This document shows positions 1 to 8,546 of a stretch of 64,000 nt of DNA, in pieces (the stretch's first letter is position 1; each line of letters starts with the position of its first letter). The notes beneath the pieces were generated by a model. The model searched no databases and was not told the origin of the DNA. It saw only the letters and a list, made by a program, of their open reading frames with translations. The position numbers were made by a program, and so were the translations under genes. The stretch is from an uncultured Planctomycetales bacterium (GTDB lineage: Bacteria > Omnitrophota > Gorgyraeia > Zapsychrales > Fredricksoniimonadaceae): assembly GCA_964572155.1 (NCBI GenBank), contig CAZNDZ010000002.1, forward strand, positions 147,089 to 211,088. The letters run 5' to 3'.

Positions 1-3000
1 CCCAAATGTGCTGTCACGTCCGTGCCTTGTAAGGCAAAGTTTTTGTCTGCTTGAGTTTCTTTTACATATGTACCACCAACAACAACATTATCACCAATCC
101 CTTGAGCCACACGACCACCTTCAGATGCTTCAAGGATCTTATCTTGAATATAATATTCATAATCAGCAACAACATACACAGGATTACCGTCGGTTAAGGT
201 GCTCGTTATAATCGATTCAGCTTTAGCGATCATTGAAACGGGTTGCCAGAACAAGATCCGACCTTGCCCCTCGTCTAGCTCATAATCAGAACCTTGCTTC
301 ATTTCTTTGGACGACAAAACTAAACCAGTAATTTTATCGCGCACTTCTAAGCGAATTTTGTCTGTGCCCTGCACCACATCTTTATTCTTTAAGAAATACA
401 AGCTGCCGCCAGTACCTAAGAATTCATTGTGATTGGGGCGCTGCTGAACTTCCGCATGGAACAACACCACCTTGGTGCGGGCATCACCGTATGAATTATT
501 CGACAAACTTTGATAATCTAACTTTCCACCATAGTATGATCGGGTGAAATTAGCAAACTCTGTGTCTTTAAAATCAACCGCATAATTCCCCCAAACAGCT
601 TGTGATTTATCCCACTGGACCATCAAATACAACGGCCCCTGCGTATCTGTAGCATCATAATTGATCGATGATTGGTCGCCATAAACGGGATAAAATGTTG
701 CAGGATCTAACTTTCGATACAATTCTTTTTGTTGACGATCGGTATCAAAGGATGAGGTGACAAGATACTTCCCCTGAATCTTTCCTTTTAAATAATACGC
801 TGCTTTACCTTCATGCCAGAACTTATTGTGGAAGTTATCACTCGACTGGATAGGCTCCACATTGCCACGATTTAAGTTATACCCCGCCTTTGCATCACCG
901 AGACCAACAAACATAAAGTAATCATCCCCAACTTTCAAAGGTCGTGTATATCGCTCTAATCCGACGGGAGACGGCATGCTATTAGGTATTGGCGTAATCA
1001 TTGGTGACGGCACAAGATTCCCATCCATTACATCATTGGCACCACGAACATCACTTTCTTGATTCGCACCTTTTGGTCCAATGACTTCTAGATTATAATC
1101 ACCGTTAGGCAAGATAATTTCAACATTGCTTGGCTTATCCGTTGTGGTTATCCCTGCTTCTAACAATTCCTTAGGTGTTAAACCAAAATATTGCTCCATC
1201 GGCAATTCTGCAAATAAGACACCGTCTTTCAAAATACGGACTGCTTTAATGTCTTGGCCTTGGCGATTGATGCGAATGGTTTCACCAGCAACGATGATGC
1301 CGCGACGATCTAGATTATTAACGGCCCCCTGCACTTCAACCCATTTGCGATAACTTTCTGCTTGCTTCTTCTCCCATTCGATGGTTGATACCCGTTCTTT
1401 TTCTTTCTTATATTCTTCTTCTGTTTCAATGGTTTTAATCTGGATCGGTTTCTCGGTTGTGGTATCTCTTTGCCCTTCTTCATTGGTCACAGATAAAACA
1501 TAGGCATAGCGATGATCAACACGGATGATTCGCTCGTCATCACCTTTACCATTCCAAAGGATGGCATCATGGATATTGTATTTGGTTCCATCATAATGCT
1601 TAATCAATTTCCTTGTATCAGCATCGATGATTTCAAGCCGCCATTTATCAATAAATGGTGCATAATTTGTAAAGATCCTAAATTGTGCAGGCCTAAATAA
1701 TGCGGCATTGTTATATAAGGTGACGTTTTCCTTATCATCCTCAGGTGTAAATAGTGCAACGTTTAATCGCGGTGCAGGTTTATTCTTATCTTGATTTAAA
1801 GCGATCTTTTCATTAAAGAAAACAGCATCTTTGCCAACTATTTGTTTATTATCCATGTTAACGCCAAAATTAACTTTTGAAATTGAACCATTGGTCACAT
1901 CAACAACCACCGCTTTATCTGTGGTTAAGTATGCACCCGCTGGCAGGGTGCGTTCATCGATCCTTAACATATGACGCCCTGGCAAAACCCCCGGCCATGT
2001 GTACTTACCTTCGCGGTCCGTTGTTATCAACGTCCCGTCTTCTGTGGCAATCTGCACATTACCAACAGGCTTTTCAACAATCGTTGTACCTTCGGTTGGA
2101 TCATATTCTGGTGCATCTTGAATGCCGTTCTCATTTAAATCATAGAAAACTTTACCAATGATGGTACCTAAATCAAATAAGGGATCCATCACAACTTTGA
2201 CAGATTTGGTAGACGAATTTGAAATGACCAAGTTATTGGCATAACGTGCCTGTGCAACGTTTTCATAAGTTCCCGTCGATACACCTGCACCGACCACCAA
2301 TTGATATTTTAATGTCTTGGTAACCCCACCAGCAATGGTTCCAATAACGAAGTTCAATTGACGGTTCATGACAGGATCTGGAATGGCAACGCCATCTAAC
2401 AAGACTCTGTTATTCAAATATTTGAAACCTGGTGGTGGTCGGTCAACAAGAACAATATTATTAACCGTATCCGTGCTTGAAAGGTTTTGTATAGTAACGG
2501 TATATGTGATGACATCGCCAATGCGCACTTCTGTTTTATTGGCTGTCTTTTCAATACGTAACAAGAACTTGTTGATGTCAACGGGATGGTCAATTTGTAA
2601 AATAACGCTATTAACGGTAAAATTCTCACCCTTAGAACCAGTTGTAACGACTTTGCCTGGAGGAAACGTTGATAATGTCGACGGATAAATAAAATCTCCA
2701 TTAGAAGTAACCATGTAATAATCGGCATTGGCGGCTAAGAAACTATATTGCCCATCTGCTGCTGTTGTATAAGGATTGGTATCATTACAATCGATATCAC
2801 GCAACGTGGTGATATTACCGTTAATATCGCAAGAACTCTTTTCAGCCAACTGACCATCAGAAACCCGATACAAACTTACCACCGCATCTTGTATCGGATT
2901 ACCCGTCGTTGAATCAAAAACAACACCATATGGATCCGTTAAATATGCTGTTATCAGATCGCTGGAAACGCCATCAACAACAACAGATAAATAATTAGTG

Positions 3001-6000
3001 CCCTTCTTTAAGGCTGTTGTGATTGGAAACGCAAAATAGCCCAATGTATCGGTTGTCGACGAACCAATATTTGAAATTAGCAAGTTTCCGTCTGAATCAG
3101 ACCCCCAGACAGCAACCGACAAAGATGCTTTACCGTTTCCAACAAACATGGGCAAGTCTCCTCTTACCCGTTGATTATTGGTTGGAGATGTGATTTGAGG
3201 TACTTGATTCTTGGTTGGATTTGCCACAATCTCCAATGTATTGGCTGGACCAGGAACTTCTATGCTTGATGAATTTAAAATGTTTGGTTGAAGATAATTA
3301 TCATAACCAGAAGTGCTAATCCGCAACTTCAACCCAGCTGCGACCGATGTTGTATTATCGGTATCATTATCTTGACCGACGACAACGCGGTAATTACCAT
3401 CAGCATCTGATCTTGTTGTAGCAACATTGACCTCAACACCCGCTTCATTAAGACCCTTAATACGAATGTTGGTGTTTGAAGGCCCTGTACCGATGATAAC
3501 AGGCAGCTGACCAACCGTGCGTTGATCTGCTGGAACATTTAATGCCAAGCGAACAAATCGCCAATTGGTGTTATTCCCAGAGTCCGTACATTCCAAACAA
3601 ACAATCCGATTGGTTACCGCGATAGAATCTTCAACATCAATTTGACTGACTGTATTTTCTAAACCGGTTGTGGTTATGCTCCATGTTGAAGTTGGCGTTG
3701 AAGAACGTAAGGTTATAGGAGATCCCGATGCACCAACAAAATTAAATAGATTATTTACTGTTTGATTCGAAGCAGCTGTAAAAATAAATTGCTTATTCGC
3801 TGTTGTTGAATACCAATCATAAAACGTTGTATCACCAGTCATTGTCGCTGTTGTGGTTGTATCCATGGTGACACGACCGCTTGAATGTGTGAACGTACCA
3901 CCAGAATGCGTCCAACTCCCCGCAACCGTAAATGTTTTTCCTGTCGTTGGCGCAGTCAAAGTACCACTTGAAATCACAACCGTCCCATTGGCATCGATGT
4001 TACCATTCGTTGCTGTCAACGTACCACCATCAACTGTCAAGGTCCCTGCCGTTGTTAACGTATTAGTATTGGTGGAAATATTAAGCGATGAACTTGTCAC
4101 ATTAAGTGTGCCCGCTGTGGTTAAATTCCCATTAGTGATAAAGAGATCTTTTGTGCCATGCGTATCATTGATAACCAAGTTGAAATAATCCGTTGCACCA
4201 AAATCATGTAACGTAAAGGTATCCACCACACCATCGCCATTGCCTGTATAAACAAACGTTCCATGCGCAACATCCATGGTGCCATAACTCATTGTTTCAC
4301 TTCCAAATAACGAGACGGTGCCATTATTGGTTAATACACCACTGACGGTTATGTTCTTTCCATTGAGCGTCAGGGTTGAACTAGCATTAACTGTTAAAGT
4401 GGTTAATGAGGTGTTGGTTGATAATAAAGGTGCATTAGCCACATTGGTCACAATGGCTGTATCGTCGCTATTTGGCACAATACCTAAATCCCAGTTGGTT
4501 GCTAAATCCCAATCGGTAGATGTTGTACCAGTCCATGTGATTGTTGCCCCACCAAAAACCCAATTTGTATTATTACCTGAATTTACCGAACTGTTGCGTG
4601 CAATTAATGTTAAACCCGTTGCATTATTATCTTTAACATCCATGTAATTAATGGACTGTGTCCCTAAGGCCGATAAACTTAAATTTGCTTGAGAACTATT
4701 AACCGTACTTCGAAGACTTAATACTTGCCCAGTCGCACCTGAAAGCGTTATGTCATTGGTTATCGTTTGAGTTGTCCCTGCCGTTAATGTTAATGTGTCG
4801 GCAGCAGCAACAACCTTTCGCAATTGATAAAATGTTGATGAACCCGCCATGGTTTGGCTGGTACCGTCAAGGGTAACCTTACCGTTGGAATTGGTAAATG
4901 TGCCTCCTGAGTACGTCCAATTACCTGCTACAGTAAAACCAGTATTGGTTGTTGATGATGGGGCAATGAAGGTACCGCTAGAAATAAGCACAGCCCCGTT
5001 CGCGTCAATGGTTGAATTCGTCGTTGTTAATGTACCCCCATTTACTGTTAGCGTTCCGCCTAATGTGATTGAATTACTATTCGTCGAAGTATTAAGCGCA
5101 GAACTAGAAACTGTTAAATTATTGGTAAGATTGAGGTTGGCATTGGTAATAAAAAGATCTTTTGTCCCATGGGTATCATTGATGGTTAAACTATAATAAT
5201 CGGTCGCGCCAAAATCTTGAACTGTGATCGTGTCAACAACTCCGTCGCCATTACCCACATATGTAAATGTCCCATGAGCCGTATCCATCGCAACAAACGA
5301 CAATGTTTCTGTACCAAAGAGCGTGATATTACCATTATTTGTAAACGTTCCCGTCGAGGTTAAATTTTTTCCATTTAATGTTAAATTCGAGGAAGCATTG
5401 GTCGTTAAATTTACAACAGAAACATTGGTCGCAAGAACCGGTTGATTAGACACATTGGCAATCACCGCACTATCAAATGATGTCGGCACGATACCAAGAT
5501 CCCAGTTGGTATTAGTATCCCAGTCCGTCGATGTGGTACCTGTCCATGTCATGGTGGCGCCGCCAAATATCCAATTGGTATTATTACCCCCATTGACACC
5601 CCCAGCGCTTGCAACCAATGTGATGCCAGAGGCGGTATTGTCAGAAACGGTCATGTAACTTAACGCTTGGGTACCACCCGCTTGTAAATTTAAGTTCGCA
5701 ACCGACCCACCAACGGAACTAACAATGGTCAATACATTGCCCACAACACCATTCATGACCAAATTATTCGTAATAGTCTGCGTTGTTCCCGCGGTTAATG
5801 TCAAGGTCGCAGCGGCTGCAACGACTTTGCGTAATTGATAAAAGGTTGTAGATCCAACCATGGTTTGGTTGGTGCCATCTAAGGTGACCTTGCCGCTATT
5901 TGCTGTAAATGTACCACCAGAATGCGTCCAATCGCCAGCCACCGTAAAGGCCGTATTTGCTGTCGATGATGGCGCTGTCAACGTACCGGAAGAAATAACC

Positions 6001-7388
6001 ACCGCACCATTGGCATCAATGGTTGAATTGGTTGCGGTTAACGTACCGCCGTTAACTGTCAATGTGCCTGCAACTGTTACAGCATTGCTATTGGTCGACG
6101 TATTAAGCACTGCCGCTGTCACCGTTAAATCATGCGTTGTCGTCAAAGCACCATTGGTGATAAATGTATCTGGCGTGCCGTTGGTATCGTTGATGACCAA
6201 GTTATAATAATCGCTCGCACCAAAATCCCTAATCGTAATCGTTGTCCCTGTATTTGTACCATAATACGTAAATGTCCCTGGATTGACGGTATCTTGTGTA
6301 AAGTTTAATGTTTCATTTCCTTTTAATCTAACGTTACCACTATTAGTAAAAGTATTGGTAATGGTCATGTTGCGACCAGATAAATCCAACACCGAATTTG
6401 CCTGCAAGGTTAAATTGGCGATCGTCACATTGGTTGACAAAATGGGCGCATAGACAACTGTACCACCGACTGGTTGAATAGTTACCGAATCCCCTGGGGC
6501 AGGCACAACGCCGCCGCTCCAGTTAAATGGATCATCCCAATCGGTTGATGACACCCCATCCCATGTGAATGTCCCATTACCAAAAGACCAATTGGTATTA
6601 TTCCCTGCATTAGTTGAGGTTAGACCAGCAACCAAGGTCATGCCTGTTGCTTGATTATTATGCACGCTTAAATATCTCATGATTTGCGCGCCACCCGTTT
6701 GCAACTTTAATTTAGCTTGAGCATTTGCCCCAGATTTCTCAAGACTCAACAATTGACCAATCGCACCATTTAAGGTCAATAAATGTGTAACGGTTTGCTC
6801 GTCAGCCCCATCAGCAGAAAATGTCAACGTATCTGCCGTTGCTGTGATCTTCGTTAAATTATAAAAAGAAGTTATACCTGTGATGGTTTGATTGGTACCA
6901 TCTAGGGTGACCGTTGATGTGCCTGGGGTAAATGTTCCTGTATTGATCCAATCTTTACCCAACGTTAAATTGAGATTATTGCTTTGCAACGTTCCTGCAG
7001 ATTGCGTAAAGGTGTTATTAATATCCAACACATTGGTTGATAATGACAGTGTGCTTGCCCCATTGTGCGTTAAATTATAAAAAGCATTGGCCAAACCACC
7101 GGTATTTAAAATCTGTGTGCCCGATGTTCCATTAAAAGTTACCGTCCCAGTTCCCGAAGTAAACACCCCTGAGCTAATCCAATTTCCTGACGTGGTAATC
7201 GAACCTGTGGACGTTCGCAGTGTCCCACTATTATTCACATCACCAGAAACAATTAAAGCACATGAAGCAACGTCGAGGGTACAATTAGCGGGAATGGTGA
7301 TACCTGCTGCAAGCGCATTAGATGAAAAGAATATCCCAGAAAGGAATATGTATATATAGACTATTATACGAGATATAAAAAATGACAT
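1..7388 (-). CDS. Giant secreted surface adhesin, partial; the C-terminus lies beyond the window start. Only the N-terminal >2460 aa are present here. It has a signal peptide, an N/T-rich beta-helix-like region with three tandem repeats of about 335 aa, and SdrD-B/Cna-B-like and DUF11-like modules toward the C-terminal part.
   Basis: The ATG is the complement of 7386-7388, and a hand translation gives MSFFISRIIVYIYIFLSGIFFSSNALAAGITIPANCTLDV..., which reads as a signal peptide. I checked the frame by hand at 7020-7388, 4960, 3830-3960, 240-660 and 1-83 and found no stop. No other ORF over 115 aa exists in this 7.4 kb, and the ORF track omits the gene because it runs off the window edge. Hand translation of 2101-2160 gives GKVFYDLNENGIQD, an SdrD-B-like motif. 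The antisense shadow ORFs at 3853, 4849 and 5860 reveal a period of about 1 kb. Confidence 0.6.
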   Translation of the reverse strand, partial: MSFFISRIIVYIYIFLSGIFFSSNALAAGITIPANCTLDVASCALIVSGDVNNSGTLRTSTGSITTSGNWISSGVFTSGTGTVTFNGTSGTQILNTGGLANAFYNLTHNGASTLSLSTNVLDINNTFTQSAGTLQSNNLNLTLGKDWINTGTFTPGTSTVTLDGTNQTITGITSFYNLTKITATADTLTFSADGADEQTVTHLLTLNGAIGQLLSLEKSGANAQAKLKLQTGGAQIMRYLSVHNNQATGMTLVAGLTSTNAGNNTNWSFGNGTFTWDGVSSTDWDDPFNWSGGVVPAPGDSVTIQPVGGTVVYAPILSTNVTIANLTLQANSVLDLSGRNMTITNTFTNSGNVRLKGNETLNFTQDTVNPGTFTYYGTNTGTTITIRDFGASDYYNLVINDTNGTPDTFITNGALTTTHDLTVTAAVLNTSTNSNAVTVAGTLTVNGGTLTATNSTIDANGAVVISSGTLTAPSSTANTAFTVAGDWTHSGGTFTANSGKVTLDGTNQTMVGSTTFYQLRKVVAAAATLTLTAGTTQTITNNLVMNGVVGNVLTIVSSVGGSVANLNLQAGGTQALSYMTVSDNTASGITLVASAGGVNGGNNTNWIFGGATMTWTGTTSTDWDTNTNWDLGIVPTSFDSAVIANVSNQPVLATNVSVVNLTTNASSNLTLNGKNLTSTGTFTNNGNITLFGTETLSFVAMDTAHGTFTYVGNGDGVVDTITVQDFGATDYYSLTINDTHGTKDLFITNANLNLTNNLTVSSSALNTSTNSNSITLGGTLTVNGGTLTTTNSTIDANGAVLISSGTFIAPSSTTNTGFTVAGNWTYSGGTFTNSNGKVTLDGTSQTMAGSSTFYQLRKVVAAADTLTLTAGTTQTITNDITLSGATGQVLSLRSTVNSSQANLSLSALGTQSINYMDVKDNNATGLTLIARNSSVNSGNNTNWVFGGATITWTGTTSTDWDLATNWDLGIVPNSDDTAIVTNVANAPLLSTNTSLTTLTVNASSTLTLNGKNITVSGVLTNNGTVSLFGSETMSYGTMDVAHGTFVYTGNGDGVVDTFTLHDFGATDYFNLVINDTHGTKDLFITNGNLTTAGTLNVTSSSLNISTNTNTLTTAGTLTVDGGTLTATNGNIDANGTVVISSGTLTAPTTGKTFTVAGSWTHSGGTFTHSSGRVTMDTTTTATMTGDTTFYDWYSTTANKQFIFTAASNQTVNNLFNFVGASGSPITLRSSTPTSTWSITTTGLENTVSQIDVEDSIAVTNRIVCLECTDSGNNTNWRFVRLALNVPADQRTVGQLPVIIGTGPSNTNIRIKGLNEAGVEVNVATTRSDADGNYRVVVGQDNDTDNTTSVAAGLKLRISTSGYDNYLQPNILNSSSIEVPGPANTLEIVANPTKNQVPQITSPTNNQRVRGDLPMFVGNGKASLSVAVWGSDSDGNLLISNIGSSTTDTLGYFAFPITTALKKGTNYLSVVVDGVSSDLITAYLTDPYGVVFDSTTGNPIQDAVVSLYRVSDGQLAEKSSCDINGNITTLRDIDCNDTNPYTTAADGQYSFLAANADYYMVTSNGDFIYPSTLSTFPPGKVVTTGSKGENFTVNSVILQIDHPVDINKFLLRIEKTANKTEVRIGDVITYTVTIQNLSSTDTVNNIVLVDRPPPGFKYLNNRVLLDGVAIPDPVMNRQLNFVIGTIAGGVTKTLKYQLVVGAGVSTGTYENVAQARYANNLVISNSSTKSVKVVMDPLFDLGTIIGKVFYDLNENGIQDAPEYDPTEGTTIVEKPVGNVQIATEDGTLITTDREGKYTWPGVLPGRHMLRIDERTLPAGAYLTTDKAVVVDVTNGSISKVNFGVNMDNKQIVGKDAVFFNEKIALNQDKNKPAPRLNVALFTPEDDKENVTLYNNAALFRPAQFRIFTNYAPFIDKWRLEIIDADTRKLIKHYDGTKYNIHDAILWNGKGDDERIIRVDHRYAYVLSVTNEEGQRDTTTEKPIQIKTIETEEEYKKEKERVSTIEWEKKQAESYRKWVEVQGAVNNLDRRGIIVAGETIRINRQGQDIKAVRILKDGVLFAELPMEQYFGLTPKELLEAGITTTDKPSNVEIILPNGDYNLEVIGPKGANQESDVRGANDVMDGNLVPSPMITPIPNSMPSPVGLERYTRPLKVGDDYFMFVGLGDAKAGYNLNRGNVEPIQSSDNFHNKFWHEGKAAYYLKGKIQGKYLVTSSFDTDRQQKELYRKLDPATFYPVYGDQSSINYDATDTQGPLYLMVQWDKSQAVWGNYAVDFKDTEFANFTRSYYGGKLDYQSLSNNSYGDARTKVVLFHAEVQQRPNHNEFLGTGGSLYFLKNKDVVQGTDKIRLEVRDKITGLVLSSKEMKQGSDYELDEGQGRILFWQPVSMIAKAESIITSTLTDGNPVYVVADYEYYIQDKILEASEGGRVAQGIGDNVVVGGTYVKETQADKNFALQGTDVTAHL
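3850..6870 (-). repeat. Three tandem intragenic repeats of about 1.0 kb (about 335 aa each) inside the giant adhesin gene.
   Basis: Near-identical antisense shadow ORFs start at 3853, 4849 and 5860 (MVVSMVTRPLECVNVPPECVQLPATV / MVWLVPSRVTLPLELVNVPPEYVQLPATV / MVWLVPSKVTLPLFAVNVPPECVQSPATV), and again at 4318 and 5455. Sense translations at 3900 and 4960 give the same motif, TGFTVAGNWTYSGGTFTNS. Confidence 0.5.
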
Positions 7389-7472
7389 TATTTAGATATA
7401 TGTCTCTAAAGATAAATAAAATAATTTCGCGCGCGTACAAATACTATTTTATTTAATAAGGAGGGTAAAACA

Positions 7473-7535
7473 ATGAAAGAATGGATTATTTTTACTTCAT
7501 GTTTTTCTGCGGGCAGGCAATTTTACAAATTTTAA
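7473..7535 (+). CDS. Speculative 20-aa hydrophobic small ORF (MKEWIIFTSCFSAGRQFYKF) with a near-perfect Shine-Dalgarno sequence, convergent on and overlapping the 3' end of the RHH gene.
   Basis: AAGGAGG lies at 7458-7464, 8 nt upstream of the ATG at 7473, and the stop TAA is at 7533-7535. This is the strongest SD I could find in the window. Confidence 0.2.
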   Translation: MKEWIIFTSCFSAGRQFYKF

Positions 7536-7775
7536 AACCTTTGAATTCAAATCTTTTGTTTCACGCGTCAACAATATCAAACCGTCTATCCCTTTATCTT
7601 TACCAAGACCATGCGTTTTTGCCAAAACATCCAAACAATCATACTTTTCATTTTTATCTTTTAACTGCTTAATAGCCAAGCGAACCACTTCAGCAATGGA
7701 CATCTTATGCTTTCGCGCATAAGCAACCAGCCATTTCTTATCTTTCTCGTCTAATGATATAACCATTCGAACCAT
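7497..7775 (-). CDS. Ribbon-helix-helix (CopG/Arc/MetJ-like) DNA-binding protein with a C-terminal extension of about 45 aa.
   Basis: The translation (M)VRMVISLDEKDKKWLVAYARKHKMSIAEVVRLAIKQLK fits an RHH beta-strand plus two helices. The ORF track starts it at 7784 (MHHMVRM...). The ATG at 7775 has AAGGA 9 nt upstream and is the more likely start. Confidence 0.55.
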   Translation of the reverse strand: MVRMVISLDEKDKKWLVAYARKHKMSIAEVVRLAIKQLKDKNEKYDCLDVLAKTHGLGKDKGIDGLILLTRETKDLNSKVLKFVKLPARRKT

Positions 7776-7790
7776 ATGATGCATTCCTTA

Positions 7791-7820
7791 TGATATCATG
7801 ATATCACTAAAATGATATCA
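7791..7820. promoter_or_regulatory. Candidate operator: three copies of the 8-bp palindrome TGATATCA (two abutting at 7791-7806 forming a perfect 16-bp palindrome, a third at 7813-7820), immediately upstream of the RHH gene.
   Basis: Read directly from the sequence: ttaTGATATCATGATATCActaaaaTGATATCActta. RHH regulators typically bind repeated half-sites in their own promoters. Confidence 0.45.
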
Positions 7821-7821
7821 C

Positions 7822-8541
7822 TTACTGATTAATCTTTCCCCCACCAATCACCGCCCCACTAATAACACTCCCCGCCTTATACAAATCCATAACCTCCACC
7901 GCCGTCAAAGCGCGATTATACACTCTGATATCATCTAATAAACCATTAAAATAATACCCATCGGAACGTTTACCTATATAAAGCGTGCCATTTGCATTTC
8001 TAAACGATGTCACTCCAACACTTGTTGCAACAGATGTTCCATTAATATATATTTTTGCCCCAGCTACACTATCAATTGTTAACGTAAAGTGAAGCCACCT
8101 ATTTGTAGTTATCCCATAATTTGTTGGAAATATCGTTGAACCATTACGCCCATAATATGGCTCACTGTTTCCATTTGCGCTCATAGCAATCTCCCAATCC
8201 CCTCCTGTTCCAGAAGTTCTGGTCATGGCCATTCGATACCCTGAAATAGAACTTAAATACGCCCAATAAGAAACAGTAACATCGGAAGTTACCGTTAAAT
8301 TAGTACCTACATCAATAAAATCACTTGTTCCATTAAAACTTCGACACCCACCACGTTTACAATTTGAGACAATCGTTGTTCCGGTTGGCGTTCCTGTATT
8401 TGCGTAACCGCTCGAATCAGCTGCATTCCCACTCGCCTCATCAAACTTCCACCACCCAACCAACCCCGACTGGACATGCGCGTGGGAAATGGTTGGGGTA
8501 AATAACATAAATACGAAGCAAATATTTATAAGACGTTTCAT
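7822..8541 (-). CDS. Secreted LamG (laminin-G / concanavalin A-like lectin, Laminin_G_3-type) domain protein, 239 aa. First of three partner genes that follow giant fibre genes.
   Basis: A signal peptide is followed by GLVGWWKFDEASGNAADSSGYANTGT near the N-terminus, and the protein ends with YFNGLLDDIRVYNRALTAVEVMDLY. Both are classic LamG_3 motifs. The start ATG lies 5 nt after the stop of the upstream giant gene. Confidence 0.8.
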   Translation of the reverse strand: MKRLINICFVFMLFTPTISHAHVQSGLVGWWKFDEASGNAADSSGYANTGTPTGTTIVSNCKRGGCRSFNGTSDFIDVGTNLTVTSDVTVSYWAYLSSISGYRMAMTRTSGTGGDWEIAMSANGNSEPYYGRNGSTIFPTNYGITTNRWLHFTLTIDSVAGAKIYINGTSVATSVGVTSFRNANGTLYIGKRSDGYYFNGLLDDIRVYNRALTAVEVMDLYKAGSVISGAVIGGGKINQ

Positions 8542-8546
8542 ATTAA

